A stretch of DNA of 63,766 bases, counting the filler, from Olpidium bornovanus S191 (Eukaryota; Fungi; Olpidiomycota), in assembly GCA_017911155.1 (NCBI GenBank). It is 26 parts of 26 records of this genome, joined end to end, with 100 filler letters (N's around TTAATTAATTAA, not from the genome) between each part and the next. Parts side by side here need not be neighbours in the genome. Positions count along the whole stretch, not along the records: positions 21,726 to 25,353 come from JAEFCI010013423.1; positions 25,454 to 27,098 come from JAEFCI010004855.1; positions 27,199 to 29,123 come from JAEFCI010006666.1; positions 29,224 to 31,603 come from JAEFCI010012730.1; positions 31,704 to 33,375 come from JAEFCI010011836.1; positions 33,476 to 39,134 come from JAEFCI010010848.1; 20 more parts are not named here. One strand, 5' to 3'. A program made the translations under genes and the position numbers. Below, in pieces: positions 22,487 to 34,245 of the stretch. Every line of letters begins with the position of its first letter. The first letter of the stretch is position 1. The notes beneath the pieces are model-generated. The model saw only the letters and a program-made list of their open reading frames with translations, made no database searches and was not told where the DNA came from.

Positions 22487-24931
22487 ATGGGTACTTTCGT
22501 CCACAGGCGTCCGGAGCCCTTCCTGGCAGCCGATTCGGCGACGATCGCCTTTCCAACGATCGACCAGCGGGGTGCGACGGCGACCGCAGGCGGCACGAGA
22601 GCGGGGCTGACGTCTTCGGGAGCCGTGACCTGGTCGTCGCCGGCCGCCGCCGCACCCGGCGGGTCGGAAGCGGCGGCGCCTAGCAGCGCTTTGGGAAAGG
22701 ATCCGGCAGCCCCGCCACCGGCCGGGCAGCCTTGGCGGTCGTACGCGTACACGGCCGAGCCGGCGGCGTGCGGCGGTTCCGGGACCGCCCGCCGTTTCCT
22801 GGGCGTCGGAGGCGGCCAGGGAAGGGCCGGGGCGGCGACGACGGCCGCGGAATCCCGCCAGACGTCGACGCCGTGGTACGGCGAAGGGCGGGAAAATTTG
22901 AAAAGGGGACCGGCGGATTACGAGGCGGCGCTGCTGAACGCCGGCGGCCGCACGAGCCCGGCGCGCCAGGCCCCGGTCGGCAGGGCGCCAGCGCCGGCTT
23001 CCGGCGGCCCCGGCCCGGCCCCGGCGCTTGACGGGCTCGCGAGCAGCGCCGATGCGCTGAGCGATTACTTGCGGCTGTTCCGCTCGCAGATCGGGGACGA
23101 GATCGGCGGCAGTCCCCCGGCGAAGGACGGGCCCCGGCCGACCTCGCCTCGCCTGCGGGGCTCCGCTCTCGGTCCCCCGACATTGGACGTGCCGCCGCCC
23201 AGGGCCCGCGGCTACGGTCCGTCCGATCCGCTGACGACGGCGGCACCCCAGCCGGATCACCTCCGACCGGCTTCTTCGGCTTTTTGCATTTCGGCCCAGC
23301 CCGACGGCGACGCACGGCGCAACGGCGCACAGGACGAGTTCGACGCTAGACCCGCCCCGCATGCGCCGACGAGAGGAGGAGACCAGGAGCACCGGGCCGC
23401 GGCGGAGAACCCGCCGGACCCTAGCGCCGCGGGCAGGGACCTGAGCCCTCTCGCGCTCCCGTTCGTCACGGAGTCGCTCGCGGCCACCAACGCCCTGTTC
23501 ACGGGCCTGGCCCAGCACCTGCGGTCAAGGCTGCCTCCGGCTTCGCCGTCGCTGGCGGCCGCCAGCAGGTTTGCGCCCGGCGCCTCGGCGGCCGTCGATG
23601 GCAGGAAATTCGTCGGTCGGGCAGACGCCGCAGCTACCCGCGAACGGGTCCCGCAGGCCGCCGCGGCGTCGGCCCCGGCGACCGACCAAAGGGGGCCGGA
23701 CGCCGGCGGCCGGACGCCAGCCCGGCCCGGCTGGAACAAGGAAGGGCCCTCGGGAGCGCCGCTTTCGGACGCCGCACAAGCTGCCGGTTTCCAGCCCTCG
23801 TACCGCGGCGGACCAGCCGCCGGCGGGCCGCCCTCGGCAAAGGCCGGATCCGGCGTCGTCCTGGTTGATCCGGAGCGCGCGTCTCCTCCCGCCGCTCAGA
23901 AAGACGAGGCCGCGCCGCGCGCCCGGCGCCCGGCTGCGCCCCGAGATGACGGAGCCGGGGGGGCCGAAATCTCGGCAGAGCTCGCGCGCGGACCTTCGAC
24001 GGTTCAAATTCCGCCCGCAGGCCGCGAACGAACCGTCGAGGCCGAGTCCGCGGCGCGGGCTCGTCCCGAGACGGACGGCGCGGCGAGGATAATTCGCCGG
24101 AGGTCGTCGGCGGCGGGCTCCCAGGATAAGCGGGAAACGGCGATCGCCGGCGGCCCGCAGAAACCGGCGGAGCTTTCGGCGGACGGGGCGCAGCGTCCAG
24201 CGCCGCCGAAGCAAGAGCAATGGCCGGCTGCCAAGTTGCGGCAGCCCGCCGGCGGCCGCCGCCTGGCAAAGTCCGCCAATGATCTGAGATCGATCACAGC
24301 GGGCGGCTTCGGCGGGGATTTGAGGACTCGCGGCAAGGCCACTTCGAAGTCGATGGGTTCGGTGGACGTTGGCCAGGCAAAAGAGACGTCACGTCGAACG
24401 GCAGAAGGTCCGAAAGAACCAAGGAGCGCGCCTCTGGAGCTAGACGGGAGGCGGAAAGCACCCGCCGGCAACCAATCAATTGTAGACGCGCCGCCCAAGG
24501 GTTCCGATGCCGCGGTGAACTCCCGAGCTAAGCTCTCCGCCTCGTTTCGCGGGTTGCGCGATTCCGCCAACGACGGAGCGAGCGGGAAACGAAGCCCTAA
24601 GGCCCGACTGAGGGGAAACCGGGGCGTCATTTCGGTCGAAGACGCCCGCTCTTCGAACGGCAGGGAATTGCGCGGCGCTTCGGCGGCAAGGGGATCACGC
24701 GGCCTTGCTCACGACTCCGCGACGAGCGACCGGTCAACTGCGCATCGCACCGAGAAGTCGGAGGGAGCCGGGACGCAGATCCGGCCCGCGGGGCAAAGGG
24801 CTGCTGTCGGACAGTCTATCGACGCGTACGTAGCAGAAGAAGACGACGATGAATACGACGACGGTAACGACGACAACGACGACAACGACGACAACGACGA
24901 CAACGACGACAACGACGACAACGACGACAAC

Positions 24932-24963
<32 letters not shown>

Positions 24964-25353
24964 CAACTACGGCGACGACGACGACAACGTTGACAACGAC
25001 GGAGACAACGACGACGACGACGATGGCCTTTCGGAGCAGCTGCAAGTGCAAGGCGCGGGACTCGGGAAGTCCGGCGCATCCGGAAGAAACGACCCGTCGT
25101 CCCCGTTGCACACGTCGAGCGAGGCCGATTCGGATTCCCAGTCGTCAGCAGATTCGTCGTCGCGCGAGCGGTTCGACGCATCCAAGGGACTTTCCATCAC
25201 GTCGCTGATCCCGACGGAGTCGGTGGAATCGAGCATGTCCGCCGGCATCTCCGCGGGAAACAACCGCTCTTCGGCCCGGAGCTCGCGCGTTTCCATCTTC
25301 TCGGATGAACCCTTGGAAACCTCGGCGTGGGACAGTCAGGACGGCCAACCGGA
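22487..25353 (+). CDS. Large low-complexity orphan protein (>950 aa open frame, Ala/Pro/Gly/Arg-rich with an Asp/Asn repeat), open at contig end
   Basis: 2.9-kb stop-free frame; the GAC/AAC repeat reads as D/N in this frame; no catalytic motif recognised. Confidence 0.65.
24835..25024 (+). repeat. Coding trinucleotide/nonamer repeat (GACGACAAC)n encoding DDN repeats and poly-Asp
   Basis: Direct reading of tandem GACGACAAC units. Confidence 0.9.
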
Positions 25354-26644
25354 NNNNNNNNNNNNNNNNNNNNNNNNNNNNNNNNNNNNNNNNNNNNTTA
25401 ATTAATTAANNNNNNNNNNNNNNNNNNNNNNNNNNNNNNNNNNNNNNNNNNNNCACTTCACGCGAAATGGCGAAGTTAAGGGCAATCGCTGAGACGGAGC
25501 ACAGAACGACGCTCGACAAGAATCGACAAAGCGAAGCGTGCGTGGCAATGGCTGTAGCAAAGGAAGGATTCATGAATGGTTTTTTAGCAAACGTGACTCT
25601 TCTTTGGCAATCGCGGCGGTATGACGGCCCACCGTCCATGGAGACGTTGTTATACGTATAAAAAAAAAGGCAAGGCGCGTGTTGACAACGAACAAAGCAA
25701 CGACTGAGCAACTCAACCTCAACCTCCTAAGAGAGGAGGTTTACGGCGACGAGGGCGACGCGCGCGAAGGACAAAACAAACGACGCAGCAAAGAGGATTT
25801 CTCTTTGTTTTCCCCTCCCCCTTTTGGTTCGTTTCGACTGTGAGGACGGAGAAAGGAGTACCAACGCGGCCGAGGGGAAAATACTAGGACGACTCGCTAC
25901 GATGGTAACGTGATGTCACTCGACGCTGAGCACTTAAGTGAAAAAATGATTACATTGGTTTAGATTCATTCAATAAAAGCTGATTATAAAAATAGTTGCA
26001 ATTTTCGAAACAAACCCTCATTTGCAAAGGGGCGGATGTGGGAAAGAAAATGGACAAGGGCAAATTGAAAATCGCAGGAGCGCAGGTTGGAAGAACGAGA
26101 AGGCATTAAACATAAAGAAACCATGAAACTGGGCCGAGAAACTGCTATGCACTTAGGGACGGCGAGGAAACAAATTCGACGCGCGCGTTAGTTACCCTTC
26201 TTTTTGAAATATCGACTTGACGCGTTTTCGTTCACCAGTTTGATTTTATGCGTTAGGTGAGGAAGACCGATACCTCGCCCACTCCCCGGATAGTCTTTTC
26301 GTCCCCCTTCAAGAACCCTACTCCGCACCACAACGCGGACGAAAACCCCACCAACCTCGGCATTGAACCCGACGATGCTAAAGATTAAAACACTTTTTAT
26401 TGCTTAGTAGAGTTTTTGGTCAAGAGGTGACCAGGGGGCCGACAGTTTTCGGGTATCTTTTTTATCGTTGCAGCTGTGACGGCGTTTCCCGCGCGGGCTG
26501 GGAGAGTTATGCCCGGCAAGGAAGAGGTTTTTGAGTATTGGTCGGGACGTCGGCGGAGGGAAAGGGAGAGGCTGCGAGTCGCGGGAATGGTGGGGAGCGA
26601 AGGGCTAGTCCCGCTACATATAGCAGTTTTTGCCCTTTGGATTG

Positions 26645-26835
26645 TGTTTGCGAACACGGGGAAGAGGACCCAGTTTTATTTACATCTGCCCCTTGAGGGC
26701 GGCTGTGCGGGGCTTAGGGAGAAAGCGGGAAACATCTAGATTTTATGGGCCACGCACAGTTCAACATAACATCCTCGCCTATGTGCAAGGCGGTTAGCAC
26801 CACGATGTAACGCCGTTCGCCACCAACACTCCTCC
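26645..26835 (-). mobile_element. Putative copia-type polypurine tract plus 3' LTR remnant (LTR about 184 bp)
   Basis: Minus strand GGAGGAG then TGTTGG ... AATAAA ... CAAACA (TGTT/AACA inverted ends). The upstream frame ADGCDVTKQ...TEEC echoes a decayed ADxxTK...EEC pol end as at 10528. Confidence 0.48.
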
Positions 26836-27486
26836 GTAATGCCGACTCCACCAACGGGCTGGCGTGACGCGTCAATCTGCTTCGTCACGTCGCAGCCGTC
26901 TGCGCTCATCGCGCGGTCCCGCCGGACCGTCGTCCGTCTTTTTCCTCGACCGCACCGTCGTCCTGTCGGAGCAGGCCCATGGCGCGCCGGTGGACCCCCC
27001 CCCCCCGTCATTTTCGGGGGCAACTGGTGAGCCTGGATGGCGTCGGGTGTGCGAGAGGACGAAGAGCGGAGACCAGGGAGCGGAGGCGCAGGGATCGGNN
27101 NNNNNNNNNNNNNNNNNNNNNNNNNNNNNNNNNNNNNNNNNNTTAATTAATTAANNNNNNNNNNNNNNNNNNNNNNNNNNNNNNNNNNNNNNNNNNNNCA
27201 TGACGCGCGAGTCATCCCGCAGTAAGCCCAGGGGACGCGTCCAAATGCGCGTACTGCGCTGTGTTCCAACAAGCAGTTGATGACCGGGGGAATGTTTGTG
27301 AATCAAGGCTGATTCTGCCTTCCTTCAGGCTCTCTGCCCTGACTTCTTTTTTTGATTTGATTTTTTTTTTGATATTTGTCTCCTATGCCACAGGTCCGTC
27401 CGTAAGGCACTCCCCCCCCCCCCTTCTCCCTCTCCCCTCTCCCTGCCCGCCGCCGCCTTACCGCCGTCGAAACCCTCAAAGCCGCC

Positions 27487-28457
27487 ATGCAAAACTCGGA
27501 AGACCAGCAGCAGATGACGCTGGGCGAGGCGCTGCCGACGCAGCAGCAGTCGCGGCACGAGGAGACGGCGCCGCCGCCGCAGGGCGCGGTTCCCGCGGCC
27601 GCGGCGGTGGGCGGGGACAGGGACCCTGGCCAGAAAATGAACCTGCTGTCTGCGCTGGTGAACGCGCTGCACGCCTGCAACGCGGAGAACCACGCCGGGT
27701 CGACCTATGAGGACCTGTTCATGTGCATACGGAAGACGGGACTGTACGACTTTAGGTGAGAAAAGAGGACAAAGAAAAGAAAAGAACAACTAAAACGGCC
27801 AGAAAGAGAGCTCGTGTGGAAAAAGAGTTTTGTCACGCCTTAGCCAAAAAAAAAAAAAAACCGGAAAAAGAGAGGGCCAGCGCGTGCTGGGCGGGGTGAA
27901 AAAAGTCGGAAGGTGGTTGGGGCGAGAAAAGGCCTTTTCGACCGCTTTTTCTTTTTGATCATACTCGAAACTCATCGGTTTCTCGCGGTCTCGGTTCTTT
28001 TTTCACTTTGCGGCCTATTGGATCTTCCGCGACAACATTCTGCCTTCCCGTCCTTTTTGGCCCTGGCCCCCGGCTGCTTCTCCGGTTTCTTTTTTTTTCT
28101 TTTCTTTTATTCCAGAAATTCGAAGACTCCCCACGCGTCTCTCAGCAACAGAGCGCAGGTGGTCATTGGGCGGGCGCTCGACATCTTGGGACCGGGCAAA
28201 GTTCCCATCCACATTACCCGTCCCGATAAGTCGGTGCGCCTCATCCTTGGGAAATTGACGCAGGAGGAGTGGGCGGCGTTGAAGGTTGACCCTCCGCCAC
28301 CAGAAGTGTCGTGGGAGATCCCTGTTGACGCCGCCGGCGGTGGTGTGGGCGAAGTGGGTGCCGGCAGGGCCGAGTCGCCGGCCAAGCGAGCTCGGGAGGA
28401 ACAAGAACCAAGTGGGACGGGCAAGGTTCCTAAGGGGTGTCGCCGGAAACAACAACT

Positions 28458-28496
<39 letters not shown>

Positions 28497-29057
28497 GCAG
28501 CAGCAACCACGGTCGCCTACGCCGCCTGTGCCTACCGCCAATGCTGCTGGCACCCCGAAACTTTCGCACTCGGAGACGTCCTGCTTGGACCGGGGTGGGA
28601 TTCCCTCCGAGCCGCCGCAGTGCCACCATCCGCTCAAGCTTACCGCAGGCGTGTGCCTCGCGGACGCGGTGTGGGAGCTGGCGATGCGCGTGCGCAAAGT
28701 CGAACGGCTCAAGCGCACGCACGTGGAGAACATGCAGCAGATCCGCTACGAGCTGTTCAGGAGGCTGGCCGTCGCCAGGTCCAGGCTCGCGGCGGCCCGG
28801 GCCAAGCGGGAGGAGGTCGCGCGGTCGGCAACCGCCCTCGCGCTGGCGAAAGAGGATCCCGTTTTTGCGGCGAGGGCTCTCAGACAGGCGTTCGCGCCCC
28901 GAGGCTCAGCAGGGTGCCGGACAAATCCGGGTGCGTGCCGGCCCCGGGCGGGCGACTCCGCGAGGAAATTTTTGCGGTTCCCACGCCTTATTCGTCTTCC
29001 GTTGTTAGGTCTTTCTACCACTGTGTGAGGATGCACCGCCGAGTGGACACCTGCTGA
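27487..29057 (+). CDS. Unknown nuclear-type protein: putative winged-helix-like segment, polyQ, C-terminal coiled coil; exons 27487-27755, 28152-about 28913, about 29009-29057
   Basis: GCCGCCATG start, in-phase GT-AG junction giving GLYDFR/AQVVIGRALDIL, Q16 tract, amphipathic helix VWELAMRVRKVERLKR...; last exon inferred. Confidence 0.62.
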
Positions 29058-30285
29058 ACGCCGAGACGTCGCAGCGAAAGCTTATTATCTTGTGCGTGGG
29101 CCCGTCTGTCTTCAGCTGCAGTCNNNNNNNNNNNNNNNNNNNNNNNNNNNNNNNNNNNNNNNNNNNNTTAATTAATTAANNNNNNNNNNNNNNNNNNNNN
29201 NNNNNNNNNNNNNNNNNNNNNNNTTTTTTTTTTTTTCCCCCCCCCCCCCCCCCCCCCTTCCGGCCGCCCGTCGGGGTGCTTTGATTGGTCCGTCAGTGGT
29301 TCTGGAAGCCGTCAGTCGCAGGCCGCTCTTTGTGTGTGTTATTATTCGGCTCTCTTTATTCCCGTCTCCTCCTTCTTCTTCTCCGTCTCTTTCTTCTCGC
29401 CCAGGAGCAACCGGATTTTGGTGTTCTTGGTGCCACATGTCGGCTTTCAGAAGGGCCGTTCAGATCGGCCAAGGACCACTCGCAGCCTGTACAGGCTGAA
29501 CTCGCTTCTCGATGTTCGCAGCTGCCCGAGCGTGGCGAATCAGCAAGGATCAGCGGAAAATCACTTGGAAAAAAAAAATGTTCGGGAGAAGAACAAAACT
29601 TGCAGGGACGGCGAGGATTCCCGTGCGGGGCGACGGTCACCCTGCTTAGGCGACGGGCCGGGTCAAAAGGGTTTTCCAGCCGGCAACTGCCCGGTTTATC
29701 CAAACCTCTAACCCCCGCGTCCTTTGAGGACTAGTGATTTTTTTTTTGGTTTTTTTTTTTTTTTTTTGAGATTCGCCGCGGCTGTGACGCGCGGGGCGGC
29801 GGGGCCGGGCGCGCTGTTGGCGACGGGGAAGGTAAAAAGGTATCGCGAAGTGCCGGGGTGAAGGGCGAAGGGCAGCAGCTTTCTGGCAGACTTTTAGGAT
29901 CGACGAGGTTTCGGCCACAGCGCGCTTGACCGGGGCCTTCGGCCAGGTTGTCCGGGTACCGGAGCGTCGACACCGCAGCATTTTTTTTTTTTTTTTTTTG
30001 GCCAGCGGTTTCGCCGTCGATTCGACTTCGCTCGGCACAACGCGGGCCCCCTCTCCCCTCCCCCCTTGCGACCACGCAATCCCCACCGCCGCAAAAGAGG
30101 GGGGGGGCACTCCGGGCACCCTCGGGGCACACACAAGTTACTACTTGTGCAGACGCGACGGCGCAGAAGGGCAAATCGGACCCGCAACGGGGGTGACGTT
30201 CCGGGATTTCGGCCCTAACAGGGGGGACACGTTTTCAAACTTTCTGACCCGGGGAGCGTCCGGGCGGGCCGGATAGGACCCCGGT

Positions 30286-30316
<31 letters not shown>

Positions 30317-30540
30317 CACAACACCGGCCCGCCGTGTTTTTTTTTGCCGCCGAGGCTGAGGTGCTCGCCCGCCTCTTGGAGGCCGCAAGCGACGCGACGC
30401 GGTTGTTTGGACATCTGCGATCGTCAAAGAACTCGGCGTGACCGGGACCCCGGCGACAAGAATCCCCCCTCCCACCCCCCGCGCTCTTTCATCGATAAAA
30501 CTCGGGCGCAAAAAAACAAACAAACAAAAAAAAAAAAAAA

Positions 30541-30575
<35 letters not shown>

Positions 30576-31703
30576 AGAAGGCTTGCGGAAAGGCGCCGCC
30601 GGCTTCCGCGGGGAGCAAGCGTGTCGGCGTTCCCGCCCGCCAAATTCGTTCGCCAAGCAAACGGTAGGCCGGGATCCGTAGAGTTACACACCGCGCGGTG
30701 ACTACGCGTAAACACGGCCGGCAGACTCGCAGAGGCGCCCGTCCTCGCCCCCCCCCCCCCCCCCCTTCCCCCCCCCCTCTTCCCCGGCGCCTCGATGAGA
30801 TTTCGAAAGGAGACGGGAACGAGGGACAAACGTCGGCAAAGTCAGGAGACGGAGACTGCGGCGCAGCAGAGGTGGCACAACAGGAGCAACGGCTTATTTC
30901 CGTGAAAATCATTTTCCGCGAGTCATTCTTTTTTTTCATTTTTCCCTTGGGTTTTCTGCTCTCGTATTACGCGTGTTTTGTGGTGTTACGCCCCCCTTCC
31001 GATGTCACGTGCCCAACCAATTAGCCAGATGTCAATATGTAACCCGTCGAGGGCCTCTCCCCCCCCCCCCCCCCCCCCCCAAACGGCCCCCCACCCCCCC
31101 CCCCCCCCCCCCCCCCCCCCGCCCCCCCCCCCCCCCCCCCCGAATCGAATAGGGCCCCCAAAACTCCCTCCCCACTTGCCCCTTTCCGGCACCCTCTTTT
31201 GATAAATCTGCTAAACATAGCTATCGACGGACTTGCGCGCCACAACAATTGCTCCGCGATCAACCGTATAAGATGTACGCGCGGGAACACGAGGGCGCGT
31301 CAGCGCATACAGTATACTATATTCCCCGTCCCGTTACGTTGTGCCGCACTCCTCTCCGGCGCCAAGTTTGTTGGCGATATTTCGGTGACTCCCCTTCCCC
31401 CCCCCCACGGCGCATAAATGGCGCGCGGACCGGGCTGTTTCGTCGCGAATAATCCCTGCGGGCAAAGCCCTCGAGCCGCCCTGGCGCAGCAGCTGCCACG
31501 GGGGAAGAAAAGGTGGGGGGGGGGGGAGTGCCGCAGCAGAGGATGATGCCGAGAGCGTAGAACGGGGGCGGAGTAATTAGGAAAAAAAAAAAAAAAAAAA
31601 AAANNNNNNNNNNNNNNNNNNNNNNNNNNNNNNNNNNNNNNNNNNNNTTAATTAATTAANNNNNNNNNNNNNNNNNNNNNNNNNNNNNNNNNNNNNNNNN
31701 NNN

Positions 31704-32962
31704 CATGAAAATCTGATCAATGACGCAGAATTTATCCTTGAACGAGAATTTGAGATTGAAGAAACTTGGACGCACAGCGTTCTGCCTGGGTTTTCAAGTC
31801 GAGCACTTGCCCAGTGGTGTCATTGTCCACCAACAGACTTACACGAGACGTGTCCTCAAGCGGTTTTACATGGACAAAGCCGGCCCCCTACCCATCGCCA
31901 ATGGTGGTTGTGCTCACTTGTATCTGACAAGGACATCTCCCGACCTTGCGAGGAGGAGGAGGAAGCCACTACACGCAGAGATACCGTACCTCGCCGCAGT
32001 CGGTGCCGTTATGCACTTGGCAACATGTACTAGGCCTGACGTTGCGTTTGCGGTGAATCTCTTGGCTCGGCACGGCTCTCGTCCCGCACAGCGACATTGG
32101 AAGGGCGTCAAGCATGTCATAACACCATCTGCGTGGCGCCCAGGGCATGGGCTTTCTCTACTCGCGGTCCGCAAAACCCAACCATAGTTGGATATGCGGA
32201 TGCAGGCTACCCGTCAGATCCACACAAGGGCCAAGCTTGCAATCTGGTTGCGTCTGCGTGAAGAATGGCGCTGCGGCAGGCCTGCGGACTACCCGTCGAC
32301 AACGCGCCTGTGGCAGTCTACGAGGATAATGCGGCGTGCATTGCGCAGATGGAGTCCGGACACGTCCGAACAAGAGCTGATCAAGCATTTCCTGCCGAAA
32401 GTTCCGGCACGCCCCGTGAAACAGATTGAGAAACAAGGTGCTTGAGCTGAAGCGCGCGACGTCCAAAGGACAATTGCCCTGATCTCTTCACGAAAGCCCT
32501 TGCGGTCCAAGACCACCAACGGCTCTGTGAAATGGTTGGCCTTTGGCGCCTCGCCACTCTTGCTGCGGCAGGAGTGATGGACCGTTCATAGAGGAGGAGG
32601 AGTAACCGTGCACCCAGTGCGCGTCCATACCTGCGGGTATGCCTGCTGCATCGTGAGTTCTCGGGTTTCTCCCACGTGGTTTACCACAGCCATGAGCTGT
32701 TGGGCTGCACTTTTGTCCTTCCACCGTGGTTTTGTCCCGATGGGCTTTGCAGGCAAGGTTTTGACGAGGCAACATCTCTAGATCAAAGATCTTTACACCC
32801 CGTTACATTACATTGCATATCATTAATGTATCCCGCATAAATCCGTTTGCCCTTCGGTCGAGGAGGAGTGTTGCGAGCGTTAAGTTCCCGCCCTCGGGCT
32901 CCGGCTTCGGCTCGTCTCCGCCCCTGAAACACAAACAGAACAAAACACAATAGACTATAACA
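31704..32962 (+). mobile_element. Decayed Ty1/copia element: RT C-terminus and RNase H (31704-about 32570, several frameshifts), 3' UTR, polypurine tract (32860-32868) and putative LTR from 32869
   Basis: LGRTAFCLGFQVEHLPSGVIVHQQTYTRRVLKRFYMDKA, IPYLAAVGAVMHLATCTRPDVAFAVNLLAR, GYADAGYPSDPH, YEDNAACIAQ, DLFTKAL; GAGGAGGAG then TGTTG. LTR end uncertain. Confidence 0.9.
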
Positions 32963-33152
32963 GTAAGCCTTTTTTTTCCCTTCGACAAACTGCATGTTTT
33001 TATTTTTGTTTTCTGTTAGGTTCGGTTTTCGATGGTCGCTTTGATCTCCCGAGGAGGCGGGCCGATATTATGTACAAAAAAAAAAAAAAAAAAAAAAAGG
33101 AAACTTCCCCCGGGAATCCCGGCCCTTTCCCACCCCCCGCCATTACTTTTTT

Positions 33153-33375
33153 TTATTCGCCCGCGCAGCGTCTCATGCCGCACGGCCCGCCGTCCCGCGG
33201 CGGGGAAACAGCCGGCCGGTCGGCGCTGTCGTCACTTTTCGAGAGCTCGCCAAGCATGAGAGCCAGCGCCTCCTCGTCGCCGTCCTCGTCGAACGCCAGG
33301 AACGTCATCACCAGCGACTTCGACGGGTTCTCGAACAGCGCCTTCGAGCGGACGGCGGCCTGATTGCGGTGTGGG
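33153..33375 (-). CDS. C-terminal exon of an unidentified gene
   Basis: High-GC3 frame HRNQAAVRSKALFENPSKSLVMTFLAFDEDGDEEALALMLGELSK...GE*, open to contig end. Confidence 0.5.
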
Positions 33376-34245
33376 NNNNNNNNNNNNNNNNNNNNNNNNN
33401 NNNNNNNNNNNNNNNNNNNTTAATTAATTAANNNNNNNNNNNNNNNNNNNNNNNNNNNNNNNNNNNNNNNNNNNNCATGCGATTGAGATTATTACAGGCA
33501 TTCGGTAGATACCCTTTTTCTTATTTTTTTTTCTTTCTTTTTTTTGCATCTGTCAATCACCGCACCCGTCATCGATTTAGTTTTCACCCCCAGTTTATTT
33601 TGTTGACGCCCCCGTATTCAGCGAAAAGGAAAAGGGCGTAAAGTATAAGACAACACAAACTGGCAGCATCACTTGTCCTTTTCGACGCGTGTCCATGGAT
33701 GTGGGGCCCGGAAATTCTCTTGTTGGCAGTCGGCTGATGATTACGAGAATGACGTCATGCGTGATACGTTTTTCATGCCCCGAATCCGGCTTTTAGGACG
33801 CCCGACGTCCGACGCTTGCGAAGCACACGTGTGCAGGGCCTTCCGCGTTCGGGCGCGGAAAACGAAAACGCCACCACACCGCCCCAGCGGGTTCGCTGTA
33901 TGTATGAGGTGTGCTGTGACTTGGTTGGACGAGGCCGGGCTGGTGCGTCCTCGCTTGGACGGGATTCCGAGCAGGAAGCATTTCCGTGCTTGGCCCGTAT
34001 AAGTTTCGCGTCCACGATGGATTTTCCACACACTCGCCGCGCAGACGAAGTCGAACACGCATCCGGACGATTGAGCCCACCGAGTTCCCCGCTTCCGTCA
34101 CATCAACCCCAAAGCTTCGAGCATCGCGATGATATGGACATCCTCAAAAACATGCGATCTAGACCCGTGTATCGTGCCGTCTATTACAGTGGGGGAATGG
34201 AGAATTCCAGGGGGGGGGTTGCTTATTTACAAAACGAAGACACTT

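Noticed and set aside
29224-31603. Many Lys-, Phe-, Pro- or Gly-run ORFs here and in contigs 8971-9972, 15968-17325 and 61393-62428
   Set aside because: They are translations of A/T/C/G homopolymers typical of introns and intergenic DNA in this genome.
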